Positions 24,401-32,347 of a stretch of DNA of 51,230 nucleotides are shown here, piece after piece. The number at the start of each line of letters is the position of its first letter. Position 1 is the stretch's first letter. Source of the stretch: an uncultured Candidatus Saccharibacteria bacterium. GTDB lineage: Bacteria; Patescibacteriota; Minisyncoccia; Sungbacterales; HO2-52-23. Location: positions 1 to 51,230 of the forward strand of contig CAZCSJ010000003.1 in the NCBI GenBank assembly GCA_964501445.1, in the 5' to 3' direction. The translations under genes and the position numbers were made by a program. The notes under the pieces were generated by a model that did not search any database, was not told the origin of the DNA, and saw only the letters and a program-made list of their open reading frames with translations.

Positions 24401-25112
24401 GCGCCGCCGCCTCCAGCGCCCCCGCTCGCGCGCTGAAAAAGAAGAAGTTACGCGTACCACCGGGGAGGTGCTCTTCACATTGTGTGTGCTTACCGCGCCC
24501 TTTGCGCCATTTTTCGCGGAGGTCATGTACCAGCGTCTTCGCAAAAAAATGGGGCTGAAAGACGCGAGTGTGCATCTCGCGGCGTGGCCAAAACAAGAAT
24601 CAAGAAGCAAGAATCAAGAATTAAAGGTTTTGAAGGATATGGACATGATACGGGCGGCGGTTGCCGAGGGTCTGCGGCTTCGCGCAGAGGCGGGTATTAA
24701 AGTGCGTCAGCCCCTCCGGCGTTTTTCCACCGTACTCCCCAAAACGCATGCGCGCGCGGCAGAACAGATTCTCCGCGAACGGCTCAATGTGAAGGAAGTG
24801 GTGTGTGGCGCAAAAAAATCTGCGTTGGATACAACCATCACGCCGGAGCTCCGTGAAGAAGGAATCGTGCGCGAGGTCATCCGCAACATCCAGGAGATGC
24901 GCCGCGACCTCGGGTTGACACCTCGCACAGAGATCAGGGTGCAAGGAGTGGGGCCTGCCGCGCTCACCGTGCTTTTGATTCGCGAAAAACGGGAGATTCT
25001 AAAAGAGGCAGGCGCGCGCGAGGTGACCGCAGGAGGAAAGAAAGTCTTTGACGCGGAGCGGGAGATTCCCATTGACGGAGAAATTCTTTGGCTTGGCATC
25101 CGGCGCGTGTGA
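21417..25112 (+). CDS. ileS: Isoleucine--tRNA ligase with an embedded histidine-phosphatase-like domain
   Basis: 1231-aa ORF with HIGH region (PPTANGLPGLHHM), CP1 editing domain (WTTTPWTLPAN; GTGFVHIAPAFGEDD), KMSKS (QKMSKSKGN) and Zn-finger CXXC motifs. It also has about 200 extra aa with an RHGE motif and two repeat-derived insertions. Confidence 0.93.
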   Translation: MSNEKTKFNLPQEEEKILKFWEEQRVFEKTLAQKKGQKTFVFYEGPPTANGLPGLHHMLARSFKDIICRYKTMRGFYVPRRAGWDTHGLPVEIEVEKQLGFKTKQDIERYGIGKFNQKAKESVWKYKNEWEQFTRRMGFWIDLQNPYITYETSYIETLWWIIKEFWKKKLLVRDFKSVPWCPRCMTGLSSHEVGQGYKRVKDASVYVKLKIKGKENEYLLVWTTTPWTLPANVAVVVNPGIEYTKFKVGDQYLWSSRPIAGEWDAKIAVAERASGKTLVGIEYEPLYRVPREYSLGIEPPYRVFPADFVSVEDGTGFVHIAPAFGEDDLNLMKSVYARHPERNGHPESFDGHSDPPAGGEESQDKLREGSRDPSASPQDDDMPRDDGRHFLYPILQTVNPDGTMKRGVIGEGKFVKEADKDIVADLRSRHLLYKEEQYEHEYPFCWRCATPLLYMAREAWWVKTTKVKSALLKNNDTINWIPAHVGRGRFGEFLRENRDWAFSRERYWGTPLPIWECGKCGERDVIGSREELAARAAHPHNRYLIMRHGESENNVKGILNFSIAKNHWHLTLRGRTQVEKAVKALQKQSVDVILTSDFLRAKETADIMGRTFKVPVRTDARLREVEDRAFDGKTVKEYGDCFVFHGARFRSEMLGLEPMAHLRARVLAVVRDCEKKYKGKTILLVSHDYPLWMLTAGAEGLTDEETILRHSGKCTEHFLPNAGVEELEYRVLPRDETGAVNLHKPYVDDVTFSCEKCKGTMRRVPEVADVWFDPGSMPFAQAHFPFRQNRHPERAKRTKDLEILLRQLSDQNDNGYYFPADYISEAVDQTRGWFYTLLAVATLLGKKAPYKNVISLGHVLDKNGQKMSKSKGNVVDPNEMMGKYGADALRWYFYTVNAPGEAKHFDEKDVAGKLRGFLMTLWNSFLLFDTYVKKSTTYNLQPKTLYILDRWILTRLDMLVADATKKLDAYDITGAARAIEEFLINDFSQWYLQLSRRRLQRPRSRAEKEEVTRTTGEVLFTLCVLTAPFAPFFAEVMYQRLRKKMGLKDASVHLAAWPKQESRSKNQELKVLKDMDMIRAAVAEGLRLRAEAGIKVRQPLRRFSTVLPKTHARAAEQILRERLNVKEVVCGAKKSALDTTITPELREEGIVREVIRNIQEMRRDLGLTPRTEIRVQGVGPAALTVLLIREKREILKEAGAREVTAGGKKVFDAEREIPIDGEILWLGIRRV
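22429..22579 (+). repeat. Composite nested palindromic insertion (GTCAYCCTGA...TCAGGATGAC family), in frame in ileS
   Basis: There are three left arms (gtcaccctgaac, gtcatcctgaat, gtcattctgatc). The central palindromes are tccgccagctggcgga and gaaggatctcgggatccttc. There are three right arms (ctcaggataa, ctcaggatgac, ctcgggatgatggac). It encodes HPERNGHPESFDGHSDPPAGGEESQDKLREGSRDPSASPQDDDMPRDDG. Confidence 0.8.
23035..23630 (+). other. Histidine phosphatase (phosphoglycerate-mutase-like) domain inserted in IleRS
   Basis: NRYLIMRHGESENNVKG...LTSDFLRAKETA...REVEDRAFDG...ILLVSHDYPL carries the RHG catalytic motif and the downstream SH motif. It is flanked by the IleRS blocks IGSREEL and NLHKPYVDDV. 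Confidence 0.7.
23785..23855 (+). repeat. Palindromic GTCATCCTGAG...TCAGAATGAC element, in frame in ileS
   Basis: gtcatcctgagagagcgaagcgaacgaaggatcttgagattcttctccgccagttgtcggatcagaatgac encodes HPERAKRTKDLEILLRQLSDQND, just before the conserved PADYISEAVDQTRGWFY block. Confidence 0.8.
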
Positions 25113-25576
25113 TGATTTACTTCACCGATGCAATCGTATTGAAGCGTACCGATGCCGGGGAAGCGGACCTCTTTTTTACACTCTATACAAAGGAATTCGG
25201 GAAAATCCGCGCATCCGCGCAGGGGATAAAAAAAGAGGGTGCAAAACTTCGCGGGCACCTTGAACCGCCCTCGTTTGTGCACGTAGGATTTGTGTCCACG
25301 CGGCACGGCGAGCGTCTGGTGCACGCCTCACTCATCGTGCCGTGGGCCACTATCCGGCGCGAACTTCTTTTGATGGGTACGGCGCTCCGCATTGCGGATT
25401 TTCTTGACCGCCATGTCTTTGACCGCGAATCTGACATAACGGTGTGGGATGCGCTCCTTGATGCGTACGGAGCGCTTGATGGGGGGCGCGTGCCCGTTGC
25501 GGCGTGCGAAACGTTTCGCGCCGCGTGGGAGAAGCGTATGGGTCAGTGGTGTGAAAGCGGCATGCGGGGCGCGTGA
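25112..25576 (+). CDS. recO: DNA repair protein RecO (short form)
   Basis: MIYFTDAIVLKRTDAGEADLFFTLYTKEFGKIRASAQGIKK... is a RecO N-terminal OB-fold sequence. ATG 25112 overlaps the ileS TGA. The track start at 25088 is less likely. The product is shorter than a typical RecO. Confidence 0.65.
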   Translation: MIYFTDAIVLKRTDAGEADLFFTLYTKEFGKIRASAQGIKKEGAKLRGHLEPPSFVHVGFVSTRHGERLVHASLIVPWATIRRELLLMGTALRIADFLDRHVFDRESDITVWDALLDAYGALDGGRVPVAACETFRAAWEKRMGQWCESGMRGA

Positions 25577-25578
25577 TG

Positions 25579-25587
25579 TGGTATACT
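25579..25587 (+). promoter_or_regulatory. Candidate extended -10 promoter (TGgTATACT)
   Basis: TGGTATACT lies 18 nt upstream of ATG 25605. The 9-mer is identical to the one at 5878. Confidence 0.4.
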
Positions 25588-25604
25588 GGAGAAGATATAT
25601 AGTT

Positions 25605-27530
25605 ATGGAAGACAAGCAGATCGACGAGTTAGAAAAAACTCTTTCTACCAAAGAAGGGGAGGAGGAAATCGCGCGGCGCCTGCATGCACGGGTAACACTC
25701 CCGACACCCGAGAAGAATTTTCCCTCCGCGTGGAATCCGCCGCGACCTCCGCCTGCGGATGATTCGTATTCCCGTATGGCACGATACCAGCGCCGCATTA
25801 TGCCGGTCCTTGTGTTTGGCACGTTTGCCTTGCTTCTCGCGGGAGCAGCGATTTTTGTATTTTTCTATCTTGGCATCCGCGGCCGCGAGGCAGACGTGAT
25901 GCTCGGCGAGATTCGGGGTGCTGAGGCGGGCGAACTTTTGACAATTCCGGTGACTGTTCGCAATGTCTCACGGACCCGCCTCACACACGCCGAACTCACG
26001 TTGGTTCTTCCGCCCGGTTCATTGGTGGTGGAGGAGGGAAAAGAAAAACAGGCGCCTCCGCGGCTTGTGACGCGCCTTGACGATTTTTCTCCCGGCGAGG
26101 CGCGGTCTGTGGAAATTCCCGTGCGGCTCTTTGGGAGCGAAGGCGATGCGCTTGAAGTGCAGGCGGTGTTTCTCTACCGTCCGGAAAATTTCAAGGCGCT
26201 CTTTTCGGTAAAAGCAATTGAAAAGGTGGTGCTTGAGCGCGTGCCGCTCGCCCTTTCCATAGATATTCCCGAGACGCTCTCAAACGGACAAGAGGTGTTA
26301 ATGACGTTTCGCTATCGCTCCGAAACCTCGTCGCTGTTTCCTGATTTCGCGCTTCGGGCAGTGTATCCTCCCGGCTTCACGTTTGTTTCTGCAAATCCCC
26401 CTCCGAGCGCGGATGACAATTTGTGGCGTCTCTCGGATGTGCCCGAAGGAGAAGAACGGACGGTTACGGTACGCGGAACAATTCATGGAAATGAAGGAGA
26501 AATTCAAGCAGTGCAGGCGGCCCTTGGCGCGTCCAGTCCCCTGACAAAAGAATGGCGGTCGTACCGCGATGTCACGCGCGAGTTTAAAATCGCGGCAAGC
26601 CCGTTGTCTTTGGAGGCGCGTGTAAACGAGGGGCGCGACGGGGCAGTCACGCCCGGAGAGCGCATCCACGTTTCACTCGCCTATAAAAACAATACCGCAT
26701 CTTCGCTTAGAAACGTTACGGTGCGCGCGGCGCTTGAAGATTCCGGCGGGGATATTCTTTTACCCGAGAGTATCGCACCGACAGGCGGCGGCGTGTATGA
26801 CGAGGCGCGGCGTGAAGTGGTGTGGGGACCTGCGAATGTCGCGGCATTTCGGGAATTAGCACCCGGAGAGAGCGGAGAATTTGGCTTCACCATTCGCACG
26901 CGCGAAACGCCGCTTGTGAAGACCGATCGCGATACGAACCTCACCGTGCGTCTCCGCGCAAAGGTGAGCGCCGCAAACATCCCCGAAGAGTTTGCAGGAC
27001 GCGCGGTCGGATCCGAGGATACCATCACAATGAAGGTGCGCTCCGTTGTTCGTTTTCACGCAAGTACGCTCTATCGGTCTGACATTCTTTTAAACAAAGG
27101 CCCTCTCCCGCCAAAGGTAGGCGCGAAAACCACCTATGCGCTCGTGTGGGAGTTGCGTACGTTTACCAATGATATCAAGGATGTCATGATTACCGGTTTT
27201 CTGCCGGAAAACGTGACATGGCAGAATGTCATCGTTCCTTCCGGCGCGGGCATCCAATACGATGAGGCATCGCGAAAGGTGTCTTGGGTTGTTTCAGAGA
27301 TGAAGGCGGGTACGGGCGTGCGCCTCCCCGCCGCAGTTGCTGCATTTCAGGTGGCGATTACCCCGGCCTCTGCTGATATCAGCCGTCCGATCGAACTCCT
27401 TCGGGACATTGCATTTACCGCCACGGATGTATTTACCGGCGAGCGGGTGGATTTGAAAGTTTTGTCCCTCACGACCGAACTTCGTGATGATGCGCTGTCC
27501 GTATCAAAAGAGTGGTCGGTGGTGAAGTGA
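25605..27530 (+). CDS. Membrane-anchored hypothetical protein with repeated beta-sandwich (CARDB/DUF11-like) modules
   Basis: The likely start is MEDKQIDELEK (the track ORF begins at 25449, inside recO). It has one TM helix (VLVFGTFALLLAGAAIFVFFYL). This is followed by repeated ~110-aa segments with patterns such as 'L..PG....V.V.V.N'. Confidence 0.6.
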   Translation: MEDKQIDELEKTLSTKEGEEEIARRLHARVTLPTPEKNFPSAWNPPRPPPADDSYSRMARYQRRIMPVLVFGTFALLLAGAAIFVFFYLGIRGREADVMLGEIRGAEAGELLTIPVTVRNVSRTRLTHAELTLVLPPGSLVVEEGKEKQAPPRLVTRLDDFSPGEARSVEIPVRLFGSEGDALEVQAVFLYRPENFKALFSVKAIEKVVLERVPLALSIDIPETLSNGQEVLMTFRYRSETSSLFPDFALRAVYPPGFTFVSANPPPSADDNLWRLSDVPEGEERTVTVRGTIHGNEGEIQAVQAALGASSPLTKEWRSYRDVTREFKIAASPLSLEARVNEGRDGAVTPGERIHVSLAYKNNTASSLRNVTVRAALEDSGGDILLPESIAPTGGGVYDEARREVVWGPANVAAFRELAPGESGEFGFTIRTRETPLVKTDRDTNLTVRLRAKVSAANIPEEFAGRAVGSEDTITMKVRSVVRFHASTLYRSDILLNKGPLPPKVGAKTTYALVWELRTFTNDIKDVMITGFLPENVTWQNVIVPSGAGIQYDEASRKVSWVVSEMKAGTGVRLPAAVAAFQVAITPASADISRPIELLRDIAFTATDVFTGERVDLKVLSLTTELRDDALSVSKEWSVVK

Positions 27531-27579
27531 TCCGCCTCTGGCGCGCGCGGCATCTTTCTGATAGTGTAGGTCTACTTTT

Positions 27580-28902
27580 ATGGAGCATCTCATGGAGAAA
27601 ATTGTATCGCTTGCCAAACGCCGCGGATTTATTTTCCCCGGCTCTGAAATTTATGGGGGGCTTGCGGGCACATGGGATTATGGGCCGCTCGGTGTGGAGT
27701 TGAAAAATAATATCAAACGAGAGTTTTGGAAGACGATGGTGTATGAGCGCGAGGACACCGTGGGGCTGGACGCCGCGATTTTGATGAATCCGAAAGTGTG
27801 GGAGGCATCCGGGCATACGGAAGCGTTTACCGATCCCCTGATAGAATGTAAATTGTGTCATGTGCGCGTGCGGGCAGATCAGGAAGATGCGGTTGCCGCG
27901 CACGACGCAGAGCACAAAAAAAAGGGAGAGATCGCAGTGTGGACCGAGCCTCGGCAATTTAATCTTTTAGTAGAGGCGGGGCTTGGCGCAGTGGAGGGCG
28001 AAAAGTCAAAAGTGTATTTGCGCGGAGAGATCACGCAGGGCGTGCATGTGAATTTCAAAAATGTGCTTGATTCTACGCATCCGAAATTGCCGTTTGGCAT
28101 CGTGCAGGTGGGAAAAGCATTTCGCAATGAAATTACGCCCGGGAACTTCACCTTCCGTTCGCGCGAGTTTGAACAGATGGAGCTCCAGTATTATGTGAAG
28201 CCGGAGGAAGCGGAAAGATATTTTGATATGTGGAAGCAGGCGCGGATGCAGTGGTACGAGCGGCTGGGCATGAAAAAAGAAAATATGCGATTTCGTGAAC
28301 ACTCGCCGGACGAGCGCGCGCACTATGCGAAGGCCGCATGGGATATTGAGTATCATTCACCGATTGGATGGAAAGAGTGTGAGGGGATTCACAATCGCGG
28401 GGATTGGGATTTGTCGCGCCACACGCAGTTTTCCGGTGAGCCGCTTACGTATTTTGATGAAGCAGAAGGCGAGCGCCTCACGCCCTATGTGATAGAAACT
28501 TCAGGCGGAGTGGACCGAGCAGCGCTCTTTTTCCTGCTTGATGCGTATTTTGAGGATGGCGATCGCGTGGTGTTGAAGCTTCACCCCCGTCTCGCGCCCG
28601 TAAAAGTTGCGGTGTTCCCGCTTCTCGCCAATAAACCCGCACTCGTTGAGAAAGCAAGAGAGATTTATAAGTACCTACAAGCTACAAGCTACCACCTGCA
28701 ACCTCTCGCATGGGACGACCGCGGCAACATCGGCAAGCGCTACTACGCGCAGGACGAGATCGGCACGCCATGGTGCGTGACGGTAGATTTTGAGACGCTT
28801 GAGAACGATACCGTCACCGTGCGCGATCGAGATACCGGTACACAGGAGCGGATCAATATTTCAGAATTAGCTCCGTATTTTTCTGGAAAACTAACGTTAT
28901 AA
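27580..28902 (+). CDS. glyQS: Glycine--tRNA ligase (class II, homodimeric type)
   Basis: 440-aa ORF with MEKIVSLAKRRGFIFPGSEIYGGLAGTWDYGPLGVELKNN and FRNEITPGNFTFRSREFEQMELQYYV (motif 2). The start could be ATG 27592. Confidence 0.93.
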   Translation: MEHLMEKIVSLAKRRGFIFPGSEIYGGLAGTWDYGPLGVELKNNIKREFWKTMVYEREDTVGLDAAILMNPKVWEASGHTEAFTDPLIECKLCHVRVRADQEDAVAAHDAEHKKKGEIAVWTEPRQFNLLVEAGLGAVEGEKSKVYLRGEITQGVHVNFKNVLDSTHPKLPFGIVQVGKAFRNEITPGNFTFRSREFEQMELQYYVKPEEAERYFDMWKQARMQWYERLGMKKENMRFREHSPDERAHYAKAAWDIEYHSPIGWKECEGIHNRGDWDLSRHTQFSGEPLTYFDEAEGERLTPYVIETSGGVDRAALFFLLDAYFEDGDRVVLKLHPRLAPVKVAVFPLLANKPALVEKAREIYKYLQATSYHLQPLAWDDRGNIGKRYYAQDEIGTPWCVTVDFETLENDTVTVRDRDTGTQERINISELAPYFSGKLTL

Positions 28903-28945
28903 TAGTAAGATTGTATAAGGCCGTGTTTAGTGGTACCATAAAATT

Positions 28946-29194
28946 ATGAATACGGTCGTCACAGTCCCCAGCTCCACGAAGCTCAAGCAAGAAAAAGAAC
29001 TTGTCCTTATACCCAAAAGGGAGTATGAGACACTTTTGCGTATGAAATCGCGGGCGGTACCGGAGATAGCAATTTCTGCGGCGACAAAACGCGCCATCCA
29101 GAAAAGTGAAAAAGAATTACGTGCGGGCCAATTCATAACTCTTAGCGAGTTGCATCATGCGGTGGGAGGTGCACGTACCAAGACGCGTCGTTAG
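28946..29194 (+). CDS. Putative type II antitoxin
   Basis: 82-aa ORF directly upstream of a RelE/ParE-like toxin and overlapping it. The family was not recognised from sequence. Confidence 0.5.
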   Translation: MNTVVTVPSSTKLKQEKELVLIPKREYETLLRMKSRAVPEIAISAATKRAIQKSEKELRAGQFITLSELHHAVGGARTKTRR

Positions 29195-29414
29195 AACACT
29201 TTTGCGTTTTCCCGCGCGTGATATCCGACGTCTTCAGGAAATCCTTGGAGAGTTCGCCCGCGATCCCTGGAATGGGGATGTGGTAAAAATCAAGGGCGAG
29301 AGTAATCTTTGGAGACGGAGGGTAGGCAACTACCGTATTTTTTATTCTCCGGAGATTTCTACGCGAAAAGTAGAGATTAAAGAGATAGAGCGGCGTACAA
29401 GTACTACATATTGA
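29157..29414 (+). CDS. Type II toxin, RelE/ParE superfamily
   Basis: 85-aa ORF with ...DPWNGDVVKIKGESNLWRRRVGNYRIFYSPEISTRKVEIKEIERRTSTTY, which matches the RelE/ParE C-terminal pattern G.YR..Y. Confidence 0.7.
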   Translation: MRWEVHVPRRVVRTLLRFPARDIRRLQEILGEFARDPWNGDVVKIKGESNLWRRRVGNYRIFYSPEISTRKVEIKEIERRTSTTY

Positions 29415-29419
29415 CTTCT

Positions 29420-30697
29420 ATGTTCAAAAAAACAGTTTTAGAAAACGGGCTTCGCATCATCACTGCCCCTATGCAAGGGACGAATACCGTGACGGTACTT
29501 GTGCTTTGCGGCACGGGGTCGGATCACGAATCAAACGAGATTGCCGGCATCTCGCATTTTTTGGAGCATATGTTTTTCAAAGGCACGAAAAACCGGCCCA
29601 CGCCCGACCACATCAAACACGAGCTTGACAGCATGGGGTCTGTTTCAAATGCGTTTACCTCCCATGAGATCACCGGGTACCACATCAAGGCCGCGCGCAC
29701 GTTTCTTGACCAGTCGTTAGACCTTTTGGCCGATGTGTACAAAAATTCTCTGATTGATGCGACGGAAATTGACCGCGAGCGGCAGGTGATCGTGGAAGAA
29801 CTCCATAAAGATAAAGACACGCCGACCCTCTATATCTGGTGGGTGTGGGAAAATTTGGTCTACGGCAATCAGCCCGCGGGACGGGACGTGATCGGTTTTG
29901 AGGAGGTGATACGAAAACTCTCTCGCGATGATTTTTACAATTATTTTATGCACCAGTACGTCGCGTCAAACACCGCGATTGTGGTTGCGGGGAATTTTGA
30001 GGAGCAGGCGGTAATTGAGAAAGTAAAAGAACTTTTCGGCGATATACGCCACGACCTACCCATGCGCGCTATGCCGGCAGTGGCGCAGGCGCAAAGAGCG
30101 CCCGCGCTCCAGATTGAATACAAAGAAACCGACCAGACGCATTTAGCACTCGGTTTCCGGGGATTTGACGCGCATCACCCGAAGCGCTATGTCGCGGAAG
30201 TGCTTGCAGCGATTCTCGGCGGCTCATGGAGCGCGCGGATGTGGGATCGCATCCGCGAGAAGCTCGGGCTTGCGTATACGGTATGGACTTCGTATCAAAC
30301 CTATTCCAATCGCGGATACCTCATCACCTATGCGGGCGTAGCACATGAGAATACAGAGAAGACGATTCAGGCGGCGCTGGAGGAATATAAAAAAATCGCG
30401 GAAGAACCGGTGGGGGATGTAGAGTTGAAGCGTATCAAGGACTACATTCGCGGGACGACCTTGATCGGCCTTGAACAGTCAAATGCCGTGGCGAATTTCA
30501 TCGGCACCGAGGAGATGGTAACCGGCAAGCCCCTGACAGTTGACGAAGTTTTTGCTAAAGTAGATTCAATCACCGCGGAGGATCTTCGGGCAGTGGCGCG
30601 AGAACTCATCCGCCCCGAAAATCTGAATCTCGCGATGATAGGCCCGTGGAAGGAAAAGGAACCGTTTGAGAAACTACTCGGCGAGTTAAAGAGTTGA
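29420..30697 (+). CDS. M16 family (pitrilysin/insulinase-like) zinc peptidase
   Basis: The inverted zinc motif HFLEHMFFKGT (HxxEH) lies near the N-terminus. It has the two-domain M16 length. ATG 29420 (MFKKTVLENG) is preferred over TTG 29411. Confidence 0.85.
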   Translation: MFKKTVLENGLRIITAPMQGTNTVTVLVLCGTGSDHESNEIAGISHFLEHMFFKGTKNRPTPDHIKHELDSMGSVSNAFTSHEITGYHIKAARTFLDQSLDLLADVYKNSLIDATEIDRERQVIVEELHKDKDTPTLYIWWVWENLVYGNQPAGRDVIGFEEVIRKLSRDDFYNYFMHQYVASNTAIVVAGNFEEQAVIEKVKELFGDIRHDLPMRAMPAVAQAQRAPALQIEYKETDQTHLALGFRGFDAHHPKRYVAEVLAAILGGSWSARMWDRIREKLGLAYTVWTSYQTYSNRGYLITYAGVAHENTEKTIQAALEEYKKIAEEPVGDVELKRIKDYIRGTTLIGLEQSNAVANFIGTEEMVTGKPLTVDEVFAKVDSITAEDLRAVARELIRPENLNLAMIGPWKEKEPFEKLLGELKS

Positions 30698-30766
30698 TGA
30701 GTTTAATGAGTTAAGGAGTTTTCCTGCGAGGTTGCGGAGCGACCGAAACTCATTAAACGCATTAAC
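30696..30766. repeat. Palindromic element with low-complexity arms
   Basis: The arms gatgagtttaatgagtt and aactcattaaacgcattaac flank a GC-rich loop. It lies between the M16 peptidase and the permease gene. Confidence 0.6.
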
Positions 30767-30781
30767 TGATTCAACTGCTCT

Positions 30782-31837
30782 ATGCCCCAAAAAGAAATCC
30801 ACCATCTTCACATTTCCACCTGGACGCTTGCCCAATTCTTTGGCATTATCCTCGGGCTCGCGTTTTTCTACCTCATTGCCGAAATTATTGCCGCGCTCTT
30901 TTTTGCCGTGATTATCGCCTCTGCCATGGAGCCGGGAATCCAGTGGTTGCAGGAGCGCAAAGTCCCGCGGATCTTGGGAGTCATTTTGATCTATCTCGCG
31001 ATTGCGATTGCGGTGGCGACCGTGGTGTACATCATCTTTCCGATCCTCCTTGAGGATGTCCAAAACATCTTCCTCTCGCTCCCTATTTTGCAGCGCGAGC
31101 TTTTTTCGGAGACCAGGGTTCGCGACGGCATCGCGTCATTCTTTTTCTCTTCGGAGAACGTTCAAGATTTCCTTTTTTCTTCGGTGGATTATTTACGTAA
31201 ACTCTCCGGCGGGGTAGTGGATTTCGCGTCAAATATATTCGGGGGCATCTTCACATTTTTCCTCATTGTGATTTTCTCTTTTTACCTCGCGATCCAAGAG
31301 CGGGGAATTGAAAATTTTTTGCGTCTCGTGAGCCCCCTCCGCCACGAGGAATATATCATTGACCTTTGGTACCGCTCCCAACACAAACTCGGCCTTTGGT
31401 TCCGCTCGCAGATGCTCCTTGGCGCGATTATCGGCGTGTTTATTTTCTTCGGACTCACATTTCTTGGCATTCCGCACGCGCTCCTTTTTGCGATCATTGC
31501 GGCGGTCTTTGAGATTATTCCGGTCGCAGGTCCGGTGCTCGCGGCCGTACCCGCGGTTGCCGCGGGATTTCTCACCTCCCCGCTCCTTGGGCTCACCACG
31601 GCAGCGCTCTATGTGGTTGCCCAGCAGATTGAGAGCCACGTGATTATTCCGGTGGTGATGTCGCGGACGATAGGGTTAAACCCTCTTATCGTAATGCTCG
31701 CGTTGGTGGTGGGCGCAAAAGTGGGCGGGATTTTTGGGATCCTCATTGCGGTGCCGGTGACCGCCATCTTGGCGGAGTTTCTTTTGGATTGGAATAAAAA
31801 GAAGCGCGATCTTTTGGAAAAATTGCCCCTTAGATGA
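30782..31837 (+). CDS. AI-2E family transporter (PerM/UPF0118)
   Basis: 351-aa polytopic ORF with a typical AI-2E C-terminal region (IIPVAGPVLAAVPAV...QIESHVIIPVVMSRTIGLNPLIVMLALVVGAKVGGIFGILIAVP). Confidence 0.8.
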   Translation: MPQKEIHHLHISTWTLAQFFGIILGLAFFYLIAEIIAALFFAVIIASAMEPGIQWLQERKVPRILGVILIYLAIAIAVATVVYIIFPILLEDVQNIFLSLPILQRELFSETRVRDGIASFFFSSENVQDFLFSSVDYLRKLSGGVVDFASNIFGGIFTFFLIVIFSFYLAIQERGIENFLRLVSPLRHEEYIIDLWYRSQHKLGLWFRSQMLLGAIIGVFIFFGLTFLGIPHALLFAIIAAVFEIIPVAGPVLAAVPAVAAGFLTSPLLGLTTAALYVVAQQIESHVIIPVVMSRTIGLNPLIVMLALVVGAKVGGIFGILIAVPVTAILAEFLLDWNKKKRDLLEKLPLR

Positions 31838-32324
31838 GTATCAAGAGCGCCGCTCCTGCAATGAGGAGTTGGAGGGGGATGCCGATCAGCGGGAAGGGCC
31901 CGAGTCGGATTTTGGTGTGGAATATATCGTGCACGCGTTGGATCGCTTCAAGGAATCCCCATTTTTTTGCGATATACAGTCCTTGGAACGCGTCGGGGAG
32001 CACCGCACCTGCGATAATGGCAAGCATTGCGAGTGTGTGCATGGTGCCCGTCGGGGGGCTCGCGAGAAAAAAGATCGCGGATCCGACGCCAAAATCAATT
32101 CCGGCATTCCGCACGTCTCGGAGAAATGCCTGGCGCTGGAATGTTTTTTTCACCTCTCCGGTGGTGGGGTCGCGCGGCGCTGACCCCACGGGGTAATCCC
32201 AATGTGGAATTGCATCGGCGAGGTAGTGCGTCGCGAGTGCTGCAAAAAATCCGAGGATCGGATGTGCGGAGGCGAAGGTCTTGGTGACGGCCGCGGCAAT
32301 CACGATATGGGTTGCGAGAGTCAT
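31830..32324 (-). CDS. Membrane-bound metal-dependent hydrolase-like protein (YdjM/DUF457-like)
   Basis: 164-aa hydrophobic ORF with an N-terminal THIVIAAAV and an HYLADAIPHWDYP His-rich motif. It is convergent with the permease gene. Confidence 0.5.
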   Translation of the reverse strand: MTLATHIVIAAAVTKTFASAHPILGFFAALATHYLADAIPHWDYPVGSAPRDPTTGEVKKTFQRQAFLRDVRNAGIDFGVGSAIFFLASPPTGTMHTLAMLAIIAGAVLPDAFQGLYIAKKWGFLEAIQRVHDIFHTKIRLGPFPLIGIPLQLLIAGAALLILI

Positions 32325-32331
32325 ATCCTCA

Positions 32332-32340
32332 TGGTACTAA
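32332..32340 (+). promoter_or_regulatory. Candidate extended -10 promoter (TGgTACTAA) for metG
   Basis: It lies 8 nt upstream of an aggt SD-like sequence and the ATG at 32348. It is a weaker match than the other TGGTATA sites. Confidence 0.3.
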
Positions 32341-32347
32341 ATGAGGT

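Noticed and set aside
25449-25604. Track start for the 693-aa ORF, overlapping recO by 128 nt
   Set aside because: The overlap is with the recO coding region in another frame. A TGGTATACT promoter-like site and ATG 25605 directly follow the recO stop.
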